A stretch of DNA of 53,957 nucleotides, the filler included, from Catajapyx aquilonaris (lineage: Eukaryota): assembly GCA_000934665.2 (NCBI GenBank). It is 2 parts of 2 records of this genome, joined end to end, with 100 filler letters (N's around TTAATTAATTAA, not from the genome) between each part and the next. Parts side by side here need not be neighbours in the genome. Positions count along the whole stretch, not along the records: positions 1 to 26,941 come from JYFJ02005136.1; 1 more part is not named here. The stretch is one strand, 5' to 3'. Below, in pieces: positions 1 through 11,800 of this stretch. The notes beneath the pieces were generated by a model, which was not told the DNA's origin, ran no database searches, and worked only from the letters and a program-made list of their open reading frames with translations. The translations under genes and the position numbers were made by a program. How positions within the stretch are numbered: position 1 is the first letter of the stretch; the number at the start of each line of letters is the position of its first letter.

Positions 1-134
1 CATATTGGGGCTGGTAAGAAGGTACTCGTGATGATGAGCTAACAGGTGTATTGTACTGTGTACAAGTGAGAGCTGGGAACAGACCAACTGCTCGGTCTGT
101 TCCTACATAACAAGACAACAAGTCACCAGTTGTC

Positions 135-538
135 ACCGAAGCAGTAGTGGTGGAGTGGATATGGTGTCCGACTGCTAATCGGGAGGTCCTGGGTTCGAGT
201 CCCAGAGGCCGGTGATCCTGACCTTGGTTTTCTGTGGTTTTCCAAGGTCACTCCAGGAAAAATTCCGGGATTGTACCGCAACATAGGCTACAGCTGCTTC
301 CTTCCCTGCCCTGCCCTGCCCTGGAGGAGGTGCTGTGTTGGTGGGGGGTTTCCGAACCGCATCTAGGGGGTCATCTTGGCGAACGGGCCCCCTGAGGGAC
401 TGCACACGACTCCCAACTTGATGACATTGCACATGCACCAGTGTCCCCCCCTCATTATCCCTACCCTGTCCCCTGCACCGATGGTGGTATCCCACTCCCT
501 AGGGCCTAGCACGGGGTATAACAAAAAAAAAGGGGGGG
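135..538 (+). mobile_element. tRNA-derived SINE, full length, with 13-bp target-site duplication
   Basis: tRNA-like head from 141 (GCAGTAGTGGTGGAGTGG A-box-like; stem-loop TCCGA-CTGCTAA-TCGGG; GGTTCGAGTCCC B-box) and an A-rich tail at 521-531. The identical direct repeat GTCACCAGTTGTC flanks it at 122-134 and 539-551. Confidence 0.85.
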
Positions 539-1114
539 GTCACCAGTTGTCTGGCAACTGGTTATACAATAATGACAGGACACAACAGGGCCTTAATGCA
601 GAGATGCTTTTACAGCGAGAATGAGACAACTTCGGTCCACAACAGATGGTGTGTACGCAGCTGACGCATTTTCTCACTGCGCACGCAGTTCGAACTTAGA
701 CGCATCATTGTGGTTGTCATTGTTAATTTTAGGTTGGCATGTCATTGACAACATTGGATCTGTGTTTGGACAGGAAACCATGACTGGCACAGTAAGCTTG
801 GCCATAATCTGAATTCTGTTAGTAAATTATGTGCACCAAGTACAGTAAAATCTTGATATAATGCTCCCACATACAACACTTTCCTGCTTTTAACGCCTTT
901 TTTTCTCGGTCCCTTGATCAGCCCCATAAGGGTCAATGGTAAATTTTCCCGCGTATAATACTTCCCACTTGTAACACATGTAACCAGAGGTCTCAATTTC
1001 CCTGGTCCCCAGGGATAGCCTGGCTGTGCGGTTATTGAATTTGGAAACCGGGTATCAGTTATTGAAATAACCTCAGTTATAACCAGTTAGTGGTTATTTT
1101 AGATGAACCAGTTA

Positions 1115-1673
1115 CAGTAAAACTTCTATAAGTTGAATCTCCATGGGACCATGAAAAAACTTCGAGTTATAGAAGATTCGAGTTAGAGAAGTTTGGATTT
1201 TTAAAGCACATAACTCTATAAAGAAGCCTACCTTTGTATCCAGCAACGAAAGGTGTTCAAAACTTAAAAATAACTGTCACAATCACACTTACAATGTTCC
1301 TCGTTGTTTTGTTGTAAAAGCAATCTCCGTTATGGACATTTGCCTACTCTTAGATTCAAGGATTCAATTGTCACAATCGAGTCAAACACTTCTTCCGGTA
1401 CGTCTGGTAGACGGAGATCAGGAAATTGAGCCTTTCTGTGCATGTGGCCTACTCTCGACCCTTTGGCTGGGAAATGAGAAGATTTTCCGTACTAGCCAAC
1501 ATGAACTTCGACTTAGGGAGACTGACAATGCATTGACAATGAATGACCCTGCCTGCATGTCTAATGGAGAACTTCGAGTTATAGAAATTCCAGTTAGGGA
1601 AGTTTATTTCCTATTATTTTACATTGTGACCAACCAAGCTCATCATTTTCTTCGACTTATAGAAGTTTTACTG
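1115..1673. mobile_element. pogo/Tigger-like MITE
   Basis: 23-bp TIRs CAGTAAAACTTCTATAAGTTGAA / TTCGACTTATAGAAGTTTTACTG (1 mismatch), TA on both flanks, internal CTTCGA(G/C)TTA repeats. Confidence 0.85.
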
Positions 1674-1732
1674 TATTTTCGTAGGAGAATTGGTAAATAA
1701 CACATGAGATCAGAGCAAGTGAGAAATCTTAA

Positions 1733-3550
1733 GGGTCATTCCATGTCAGTGGGACCCCCTTTGTAGGCTACCCTTGATGTGGCGGATTTGAATGATATTC
1801 ACAGGTTATGGTGACCTAGCGCTGCTAAAACATTGTGCCAAGGCGTTTTGAAATATTTTGATTTTTACCCGTTTTTTGGGGGGTGGTAATTTTGAGCCTT
1901 TTCTTTGAGAGCCATTTTTCTTTTGGCTGTTTCTCCGCAACTAATCGTGAGACAGATGTGCTTTTGATATCAATTTACTCAGAAAGGTTGATATAATCGT
2001 ATTCTATGGTTAATTTTTAAATTTTAAATTTTTGCGTTAAAAAGATTGAAATTGCAGGTTTTAAACATTTAATTTTTAAAATTATACCCCTTTATTTTTC
2101 GATGATTTTCACGTATGTTGTAGCCCTACATGTGAACTACATGTGGCCATATCAGTCCTGTTGGCTAGTATAATACTATGGAAGATTGGGCCTCTTAAGT
2201 TAGACCCCCTCCATATATGTCGTCATTATGATGGGTACACCCAACATGCAAATCGCCCCCCCTTTCCTGTCAGTGCAAATGTTGATATTCAAGTTGGGAT
2301 GATCACTGGTGAGAGTACGACACATGTAAGACTCCTTTGGTAGTCACACCCCCCTCCCCAAGCAAACCCATGGCTCCCCGATCAAGTCCTCATAAGTCGT
2401 GACGATTCGCATATTGGGTATTGACGTCATTCGGAGGGGGTCTCATTTGAGATGCGAAATGTCCCATAATATGAGACTAGCCAACACGACTGTTGTGCAC
2501 ACATGTAGACCACATATAGGGCTACAACATAACTCAAAACCAGCGAAAAATAAAGGGGTATAATTTCAAATATTTAATGTTTCGATTTTAAAATTTAAAC
2601 ATTTTTAACAAACAAAATTTAAATTTCACATTTTACCATGGCGTATGCTTCTACCAGTATTTCTGAGTACAATGACACCAAATTCACTTCTATATCTTGA
2701 TTAGTTCCAGAGAAAAAGCCAAAAGAAGAAGAGTCTGTAACGAAATTATCACTCCCCCAAAAATCGGAAAAAATCAATATTTTTCAAAACGCTTTCGTAC
2801 AATGTTTTAGCATCGCTGTGTCATCGAAAACCCAGAAAATCATAAAAATCCGCTACATGAAGGGTCCAAACGGGGCCGAACTGACAAATCAATTTGTGTT
2901 TATTGTGGGGTGGGAGGCATAGGTTTGCTTGGGGAGGGGGGTGTGGGCTACCAAAGGAGTCTTACATGTGTCGTACTCTCACCAGTGATCATCCCAACTT
3001 GAATATCAACATTTGCACTGAGCAAGGTGGGGCGATTTGCATGTTGTGTGTACCCATCATAATGACGACATATGTGGAGGGGGTCTCACTTAATAGGCCC
3101 AATCTTTCTTAGTATTATACTATCCAACAGGACTGATATAGCCACATGTAGTTCACACGTAGGGCTACAACATACGTGAAAACCAGCGGAAAATAAGGGG
3201 GTATAATTTTTAAAATTAAATGTTTAAAATTTGCAATTTCAATCTTTTTAACGCAAAAATTTAAAATTTAAAAATGAACCATAGAATACGATTATATCAA
3301 CCTTTCTGAGTAAATTGATATAAAAAGCACACCTGTCTCACGATTAGTTGCGGAGAAACAGCCAAAAGAAAAATGGCTCTCAACGAAAAGGCTCAAAATT
3401 ACCACTCCCCAAAAAACGGGTAAAAATCAAAATATTTCAAAACGCTTTGGTACAATGTTTTAGCAGCGCTAGGTCACCATAACCTGTGAATATCATTCAA
3501 ATCCGCCACATCAAGGGTACAAAGGGAGTCCCACTGACGTGGAATGACCC
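1733..3550. mobile_element. Large foldback (long-TIR) non-autonomous DNA element, TTAA-associated (Kolobok-like ends)
   Basis: ~640-bp inverted arms (~1733-2370 vs ~2920-3550) starting GGGTCATTCCA and ending TGGAATGACCC, flanked by TTAA / TTTAA. No coding capacity seen. Confidence 0.85.
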
Positions 3551-3610
3551 TTTAATGTGCTAAATGAAAGCTACAAACTACAAATTACAAACTTGTCTTA
3601 CGGCTTTGAC

Positions 3611-3829
3611 TCAATACTCCTTATTCATTGTTAAAAATATGAGCAATTTGGCGTGCTCATCTGTGAGACATGTCCTTAAATCTTTAATTGCTACCCCGCC
3701 CATGCTAAACATTCTTTCTGATTCCGTGGATGTGGCCGGCACAGCCAAGTACCGCCGAGCAAGTTTGGCCAGCAGAGGAAATGTCGGCTTGTGTAGCTTC
3801 CACCAATCTAAAATGCTCTCATCCTTTGG
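3611..3829 (-). pseudogene. hAT transposase C-terminal dimerization-domain remnant
   Basis: Manual minus-strand translation PKDESILDWWKLHKPTFPLLAKLARRYLAVPATSTESERMFSMGGVAIKDLRTCLTDEHAKLLIFLTMNKEY* carries the hATC signature (DWW...FPxLxxLAxxxLxxPATSxxSERxFS). Confidence 0.9.
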
Positions 3830-4097
3830 GTCCCTTCACTCTCACTGTCTGCGCACACCACAGTACCACACTGCTCCTTAGACGGTAATAAACCGGTAAT
3901 TCTGAAATCCGATCACTGAGACCCATTAACTGGTTAATAGGACAAACCGGTTTGTGCAATAACCGGTTATTTCATAAAAATTAACTGGTTAATGCAATAT
4001 GCTAAAAATTAACCGGTTAACCATACAGCTCTTCCCAGAGACACTTATCTATATCTTTAAAATAGTAGTGGACATGTTTAGCCAAGCCATCTGATTG

Positions 4098-4395
4098 CCC
4101 TTACGGAAATTAATTATCACTGGCAGTGATCATTACTGACCAGTGCTTCAGTGATAAATTGGTCGGTGATTGAATGACTGTCAGTGATCGAATCACTTGA
4201 TGACTCTCAATGTCCTGCGTCGCACTCCGATCTTCTTCCTCTTCCCCCCCCCCGCGTACTCGCCCGCCCCTGATTCGCCCCTGAGATGACCCAGGACACA
4301 TTTTGCAGTGATTCAATCACTGGCTAATTAATCACTGCAGCACTGGTCAGTAATTATCACTGCCAGTGATTACCAGTGATTAATTTCCATAAGGG
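4098..4395. mobile_element. CACTA/EnSpm(CMC)-like MITE
   Basis: TIRs CCCTTACGGAAATTAAT / ATTAATTTCCATAAGGG, 2-bp direct repeat TG on both sides, subterminal ATCACTG/CAGTGAT repeats. Confidence 0.7.
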
Positions 4396-4745
4396 TGGTC
4401 CGCCGCATATTGTTACCACCACCTCCCCATTGGCCCGCGTTCATTGTTACCTGGATGTATTGTTACCACAACGCCTCCAATTGGCCCCGTTCCAAGCATG
4501 CGCAATGGGTGGAAGAACGCCACAGTCGCTTGCTGGTCATCAACGAAGACACATCTTCTCTCCCGTTAAGACCCCTCCATCCTTCCACCATCCTCCACCC
4601 ACGTCTCCACAGTGACCTCACAACAGGGGAGGCGGAGAGGAGGGGGGAATGGAAAAGCCTAAACAAACCGAACCCAACATTGGCCAAGGTCGGGGTGTTG
4701 TTTGTCAGTGGTGCCAACTCCATGTAAGTTTTAAAACAACTTTTA

Positions 4746-4891
4746 GGGCCGTTTTCTCGAACAGTGGTTCAAATGTAAACCGGGTTCAAAGCCAGTTTAA
4801 TCCCTGATTTGATTGTTGTTAGGCTGTTGTCAAGGGTTTAAACCGGCTTTGAACCGGGGTTACATTTGAACCACTGTTCGAGAAACGGCCC
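4746..4891. mobile_element. PIF/Harbinger (Tourist-like) MITE
   Basis: ~55-bp TIRs GGGCCGTTTTCTCGAACAGTGGTTCAAATGTAA... / ...TTACATTTGAACCACTGTTCGAGAAACGGCCC with TTA TSD. Confidence 0.85.
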
Positions 4892-5826
4892 TTAAACAAC
4901 TTTTTAAAACAACTTCCTGTCACCCCCGTGGGAAGAGTTGGTAAGCAGGATTAGCCGCAATATTCAAAACTGAACCCGTGGATAGGCTCAGAACGTCAAA
5001 ATAAAGTGTTGGGAAGAATGAAACCAGTTTTTGATCATCTAATACAAACACTGCCGAGTTCCATGGACATTTATAATAAAGGGAAGTTATGAGCAGTTAG
5101 AAAAACCTGGTCAGAAAGTGTGCATATAATTGAGATCCAGGTGTGCGAGTGCATGCAGGTAGAAGCAGTAGAGGTTGTGAATTTCTGTTCATACAATACT
5201 ATAGGCCTATTGTTTGTTTTTTTAATTCAAAAGGTATTGGTATGTTGAAGTGGGCAAATGCATATTTCCCAGCCAATGCAAAGGTGGGATTGCAGATTGG
5301 TTGCAGGGTAGGGAATCACAGATATGTGAATGCACGGAGGAATGGGTGGGGGTGGGGGGTTTGCATATGATTGGCAATGATCACTGGCTATAAGTCTGAA
5401 GCAATTGAAAATATGGTGGGCACTGTAGGCCGCAGGCATAGAAAAAAGCAAGTGAAGCATATAACGAATTCCTACTTACAACGCTACTTTTGGGCGGTCC
5501 CTTGAAGAGTTTATATCAAGGTTTTACTATAATTATGGAACTGCAGCCAAGGATGTATTAAGTAACTTTGTGTGGAACAGAAACTCACATGAATATTAGT
5601 GGAAATGTCACATGGTGCTTGCTTGGCAGATCTGAGGACCTGGTTCCTGAACTTACAGGCTTTCCAATATTACCTTTGCATATACCAATGATTTGGATAG
5701 CAAGATAAAATAGCTAACCAACAACATTTTGACAACATGGGTGTGAGTTGATTTTTGGTGTACTCTGTAGAATCTTCATTCTTTAGCAATATTGAATTAA
5801 TTTTTTGATACTTCTACTTCTTTTTC

Positions 5827-8800
5827 ATGCCAGCTGAAACAGAGGATGAAGATTTTCCTTATTCTGTGAAGTGGCTTCAGGAAGACCTGCAACAAATAAT
5901 GGAGAGATCAGACCAATCCTTCCGGAGAGGATTTTTGACAGCGAATGATAAGGAGCGCATATTAAAAGAAGCCATTGCGGATGTACATGCCATTCTGAGA
6001 GAGAAAACAGAAACTCTTGCCTGTAGACATCTCAGCCATTCTGAAAAGAAGAAGAGGGATTTAACTGGGAAGGAAGTTGATGGAGCTGACAAGGAGAATA
6101 ATAGCCTGGCAGAAGAAGATATGTATGACTGTGATGTGGCTAATGAAAAGGACCAGAAGATCCAAGGCTATACCAATATGTCCAAGGCAAAAGACAATCA
6201 TGAATGGCTGAAGAATGCCCTTTTGAATAACAACTCAGACCCACGTCCACTTTCCAAGGGTGAAAATGACATGCCTGTTTCAAACTTGAAGTTACACCAG
6301 ATGTCCATAACTCCATTGGACATGGAGGTGGATGACCTTAGTAATTCAGGGCATGCTGGGGATGCATGTGTGGGTTCCAAGTCAGGCAGCACCTGCAGTT
6401 CTCCTTCAGCTGAGGGGGCCACTTGTGGCAAGGATAACCTGGATCGCAAGTCAGAAGCAATTGGCGATGAGAAAAGTAGCTTTTCTGTGCAGGCCGATTC
6501 AAAGAGTGATGATGGACAAGAAAGTAAATCCCCAGATATGGATTCATCAGGTAAATGTCCATGTGGGAAATGGACTGAAGACATTGCTGGTCTAATATAT
6601 TGTCCCTTTGATTTTTTAGATTTGGACTTCAAGCAGAATGTGCTGAGGGAAGTGAAGAGGTCATCTTCAGATCGACAGGTGAGGTTTGGGACATTTCCGA
6701 TGACATTTAAATCTTTTGTCAATTGTGCTGTTCTCTTACAGAGCACAGAACGCAGTTTGGAACAGAATGCTGCAACCCCAAGTTTTAACTTAAGTGCTGT
6801 GTCATCAATTTTAAATCAGAGCACACTTGTAATATCCGATGACAGTTCTGATGAATTCCTGAGTGATGTCAGGTAAGACTTATAATTGGAAAGTACCAGT
6901 ACTTTCATTCTCTAGTAGTAGTAGTAGTAGTAGTACAATTGTTATTCTGTACATACTACATAATTGTAGGCCTACTGACCCATCTCGAAAGGTGTCTTTC
7001 AAGAACTCAGCTGAGTCTGCTAGGTCCAGGAGATTGCTGTAAGTGTTTTTGTCACATTATGGTAACAATAGGCCTTGATATCCATGGCATGTGGCAAATC
7101 CTCTTAAATGAAAATGTAATGTCACTCCCCTGCAACTACAAAAGGTAGTTAATAAGTTTCCTGAGCCTGGGATGTGTCATGTGTGTATGTATTGTAGAAG
7201 GGAAAAGCCCAAAAATATATTTAGGTCCAATCATCAGTAACATTAAGTATTTAATACTCATGCCCGTGTACACAATATGCAGGGTGGCTAGATGCAGCAA
7301 ATTCCCTACCCTAGAAACATGCCTGAACTCCTTCCATCTATTCTAGCGGAAATGAATAGAAATGAAAAGTTTTAGGCTTCGAAAGCAGACAAATCTGATC
7401 CGAAATGACTGACATCTTGATTAGGTATTTTACCTGATCATTCATGTGTTTCCATCATACTGGATGAAGTCCCCCACAAAGTAAAGATATATTTAGTACT
7501 GCCTGTGAAAAAAAAATTATGAAAAGGTTTAAGAAACTGGTACCTTTTAGACTGGTGGCCATTTTCTGCAGATAACGGGCATTGAGACTGCTGATCCGTT
7601 TTCTTGTTTGGGGTACTTTGGTTGTCGTGGCCAAGAAAAGATGCTGCTGCTGTGAATGCTTGTGGAGATATTAGTCACAGGCTGCGTTTTTAAATATCTC
7701 CATAATAATAATAAATCTGGGTGTAGTACTTAACCTCCTTACGAGGTTTGTAGCATGGGCAGCGAAACGTATTGAAATCCCCCAGGTCCAAGGGCCTATG
7801 TTTCCCAGGACCTGCGACTTTTAGGGTGCTTATGAAAATGAATGTCATATAATAAAATATTTGTGTTATATGCAGGAAAAGAAGGAAAAAGAAGTTGCCA
7901 TGCACCAGTGAACTCCCTAATACTGCAGGCAAACAGAAGTCCCAGGAAGCAAAGTTAGTAAAAATATTTACGATATTTTAAAAAGCAGCGCCTGTATTTA
8001 ATAAATTTTAACATTTTCCAGGCAAGCAAGCAACTTTGTGAATAACACCATTGTCATTTCTGATTCTGACGAAGACATGACACCAGCAAAGGATGTTAAG
8101 TTACCTAAGTAAGTGCCTTTATTAATACTTGTATTTCTCTCTCTGTCTGAGGTCGAATCATTCCAATTTGAGCTGCTGCTGCTGCTGCGCATGTTGTTGA
8201 TGGTCCTATTCTATTTCAGCAATGGCAGCAATTTAGCCATTGCAGACAAAAAATTAGAAGCAGATGATTGTGTTGAGAAAAAGGAGGACCCTATTTCAAA
8301 GTAAGTCAGGTTCTCTTTTGTTATGATAAAGATTATATTCTAATGTATTAATGTTGTCTCATGCCAATTGCAATCTCATTAGACGCAAGCGGATATCGTC
8401 AAGTGATTCATCTTCTGGAACGGATTCAGACGATTCTAATGGGCTAGTCAAGCCAAAGATGAAGTATGTATCAATCACTGATGAGTTAAACCTACTCATG
8501 CGTGACCATTATGTAATTTTGTGATAGCAAAACAATAGGTACATATCAGCTATTCTGCTGTGATCCTGCTCAGTAATATTGATAATAATACCAATACACT
8601 AAACACATTTTAAAATTTCATGCTAGATTATGGATGGAGAAATATCATTGAGTTATTGAATCACCAAATCTGTACGTAATTCGTTTCATGACATTGTTAC
8701 AGGCGACCTAAGAAGCAGACATGGATACAAACACCAGAATCAAGCAACTCCGAGGATTCCTCGTGTGACTCAAGCTCTGAGTTATTCCCTCCACCCAGCC

Positions 8801-11800
8801 TGACAAGAAGCGTGGTCCCAACAGCAAGTTATCATTTTCCTTAATTTTTTTTGCTGCATGTGTGTGCCTTTTATTAACAACATTTTATTTCAAATTGCAG
8901 CCCCCCAGGGGAAGAAGGAATATTCGTGAATTAATGCATGAAAGCCTCCTTTCTGGATCAACCCTTTCAGCCAATAGAGAAGAAGAGGCGCGGAAGAAAC
9001 GAATACAGACAAGACAGAAAAAGGTACAGTAATACTGTATTCATGTGGGCATGTTCTCATGTCAGGTCAGTTGAAGGTATTGCACTAAAATCATCCTCAT
9101 ATTAATGTGCCGAAATCTCAACTGTTTTGTATCGTGACCCCTTTTGCAATACCTGACAGAAACTCTAAGACATATGCACATTGTCATTGGAAGACAACCA
9201 TCAATATGTTAATGGATAGCTAATTTTCAATAGCCTACAAGGGTGATTCAAATTCTACATCTAGGGCTCTTTCACATGAGGCCACCACATCTTTGCATTG
9301 CTGCAAATGGAGAATTTCACACGTGGTGGCCGCATTCTTGGCAGTGCAACCAGAAATACTGGTCACAGGCAGGGCGATTTTTGGTGCCACCAACTGGCCG
9401 CGCTGCCACGTGTTTGCATTGAATCATATGAAGCTTTTCACAAGAGATGCACGACTTTTCGTGCCGCCAGACGTCCATTTTGAGACCATGCTCGGCTGGA
9501 AGCGACGCTGGTGGCGAACAAATCTGCAACACGCTGTCAAAGGAGCGCTGCCTAATTTATGGGGCAGCTCTGCCATGGTGGCCTCGTGTGAAAATAGCCT
9601 TAGTTGCACATGGATAGGTATACATTGTGAATGTGTACACACAAGCTGAAGAGTTTTGATTCTTCAGGTCCACCAACCCATGAAATAAGTAGTGTCCATC
9701 AAAGTGCAGCAAGTGTAGACCAAGTCATATTTTATACCCCCCAGCCACTAGTCATTTCCATTTTAAAAACACTTTACAGTGTATGTTTGGCAACAGCTGC
9801 AACCATTTTGTTGCATTGATATCTCATGATTTTCGAAATTTTGCAGTTGGACCAGATCTTCAAACAACCTGATCCTGGAAAAATAACTCAGTTGGTGCTG
9901 GACTTTGATGAAAAGACTAAGCAACCTCTGGTGGAAGTTCATCCAACTTTGGTGAAGAAGATGAAACCTCATCAGGTTTGGTGATTTGTGCAGAGGGTTG
10001 CACACCAGTTTGATATTAATCAAATGTTGCATACTTCACCAGGTGGAAGGTGTGAGATTTATGTGGAATGCTGTCTTTGAGACAGTTTCACTGACCACAA
10101 GTGATAAGGGATCTGGATGCATCTTGGCCCACTGCATGGGTTTGGGGAAAACTTTGCAGGTAAGCTGTTAGGTAGTGAAACCTGCTGTCAGGGGCCAGAA
10201 AGTTAACTTGAGAAAAGGCCATGTAAGTTACTCTTTTTTCAATCATTATTTGAAAGATGCTGCACTCAATTTGCAAAACCGTGCAAATGGTATTCTTGTG
10301 TGATGTAATTAAAATGATGCTCCGAATTTCGTCATGATCTGACAACCCAAGGGTCAGGGACCTCGGTGAATTGACATGGAATGACTCCCTCATATATTGA
10401 CCCCTGAGCCACACAGTCCAATCACAGGCTTATTCAATTCATGCCGGTGGAGAATGTTATTATAATAATAATAATAATGATTACTACTGTCAATTTTAGG
10501 CAATATCCCTGATTCACACAGTTCTCACTCACACGGACCTGGGAATAAAGACAGTGATGGTGGTGTGCCCCCTCAATGTATGCCTCAACTGGGTGAATGA
10601 ATTATCTGTCTGGCTTAAGGAGATGCCCAAGAAACTCAACATTGTGCTTCTTAGCAGGTCAGTCTTACCCACATTTTCAGCTTCTTTTCACATACGAGTA
10701 ACAGTGACACACTGGTTTAGAAAAAATTAAATCTAACAATAGTTACTGTATTTTGTGCCCTTCAGAGCTCTGTTAGGCTGGGTTCACACTAGGCGTTTTT
10801 GTCGCGTGACAAAAACGCCGCGACAAGTCGCTCAAAACAGAACACATGCAAACTTATGGGGCATGACACACCACGACTTCTTTCCTGCTTGGTCGTCGCA
10901 AAACGCAGCATGCTGCGTTTTTGCTGCCGCTACAAAAACGCCGCGACAAAGTCGCTGAAAACTGAACACATGGTAATCAGTTGGGGCAGACACACCTGGC
11001 GACAAAGTCGCGTGAAAAGTGTTTAATTTTGACTATTGTGGAACGGTAGTTGCTAAGGGAAAAAGCCTTGCTAAGGGTCAGGTTGGCAACGCTGCTCGGG
11101 TTGCATCAGTAGGGGAAGCAAAACGCGCGACAAAAACGCCTAGTGTGAACCTCGTGAGGCGTCAGCGACGAAAACGCCTAGTGTGAACCCAGCCTTAATA
11201 AGAAAAGTTTCTTTGCCAAGAGAATATGTTACCCTTTACCTCTTGCATGCACTTGTGTGCCTAGTGATTTAGATTTCAGTGTTAGTATTGATAAGGACCT
11301 TGCACTCATATTTTTAAATATCTGCAGCTTCAAGGAGAAAAATGCTCGTGCTGCCCAGGTGAAGGGCTGGCAGGAGAGAGGTGGGGTACTCATAATTAAT
11401 TATGAGATGTTCCGTGCTTTGACCATTGAGAAGAAGGGCCTGCGGGAGAACCCCTTTCTTGAAGAATTTGTGAGTGGGCTAGTGGACCCAGGACCTGATT
11501 TTATTGTGTGCGATGAGGGACATCTGCTAAAGAATGTTAAAAGTGCCTTGTCCCGGGCTGTGTCCATGATCAGAACCTCCAGGCGGATAGTTCTCACTGG
11601 GACACCTCTGCAGAACAACCTCACGGAATGTGAGTTGCTTTTATTCAAGATATTGTGAGGGTGCTGTGGTGCATAATATTGTGGGTATGAAAGAGAAATC
11701 CACGGAGTCCAAAAAAAAGGCACTTTCAAGATAATCAAAAGCAACGATTTGACCTTGCACTTGGTTACTTGCTACTGAATGCAGGAAATCCAGACTTATG

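Larger units (their letters stand above)
1021..4032 (-). mobile_element. Degenerate hAT DNA transposon deletion derivative
   Basis: Subterminal (A)ACC(A/G)GTTA repeats at ~1030-1114 and ~3885-4022, imperfect termini TGGCTGTGCGGTT / AACCATACAGCTC, and an internal hAT dimerization-domain remnant. No clean 8-bp TSD seen. Confidence 0.55.
843..5529. mobile_element. Tc1/mariner-pogo(Tigger)-like MITE split by ~4.4 kb of nested insertions
   Basis: The left end TA|CAGTAAAATCTTGATATAATGCTCCCACATA (843-) and right end ...GGGCGGTCCCTTGAAGAGTTTATATCAAGGTTTTACTA|TA (~5470-5529) match the two ends of the copy at 17982-18761. That both ends belong to one element is inferred. Confidence 0.55.

Noticed and set aside
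141..215. Functional tRNA-Ser gene
   Set aside because: No acceptor-stem pairing or variable arm; it is embedded in a TSD-flanked, A-tailed element.
175..5460. Numerous short ORFs (60-120 aa) in the ORF track
   Set aside because: They lie within SINE/MITE sequence and show no recognisable protein motifs.
10790..11190. CRISPR-like short repeats (CGCGACAA / AAAACGCC)
   Set aside because: Irregular spacing, eukaryotic context and no cas genes; they are subterminal repeats of a Harbinger MITE.
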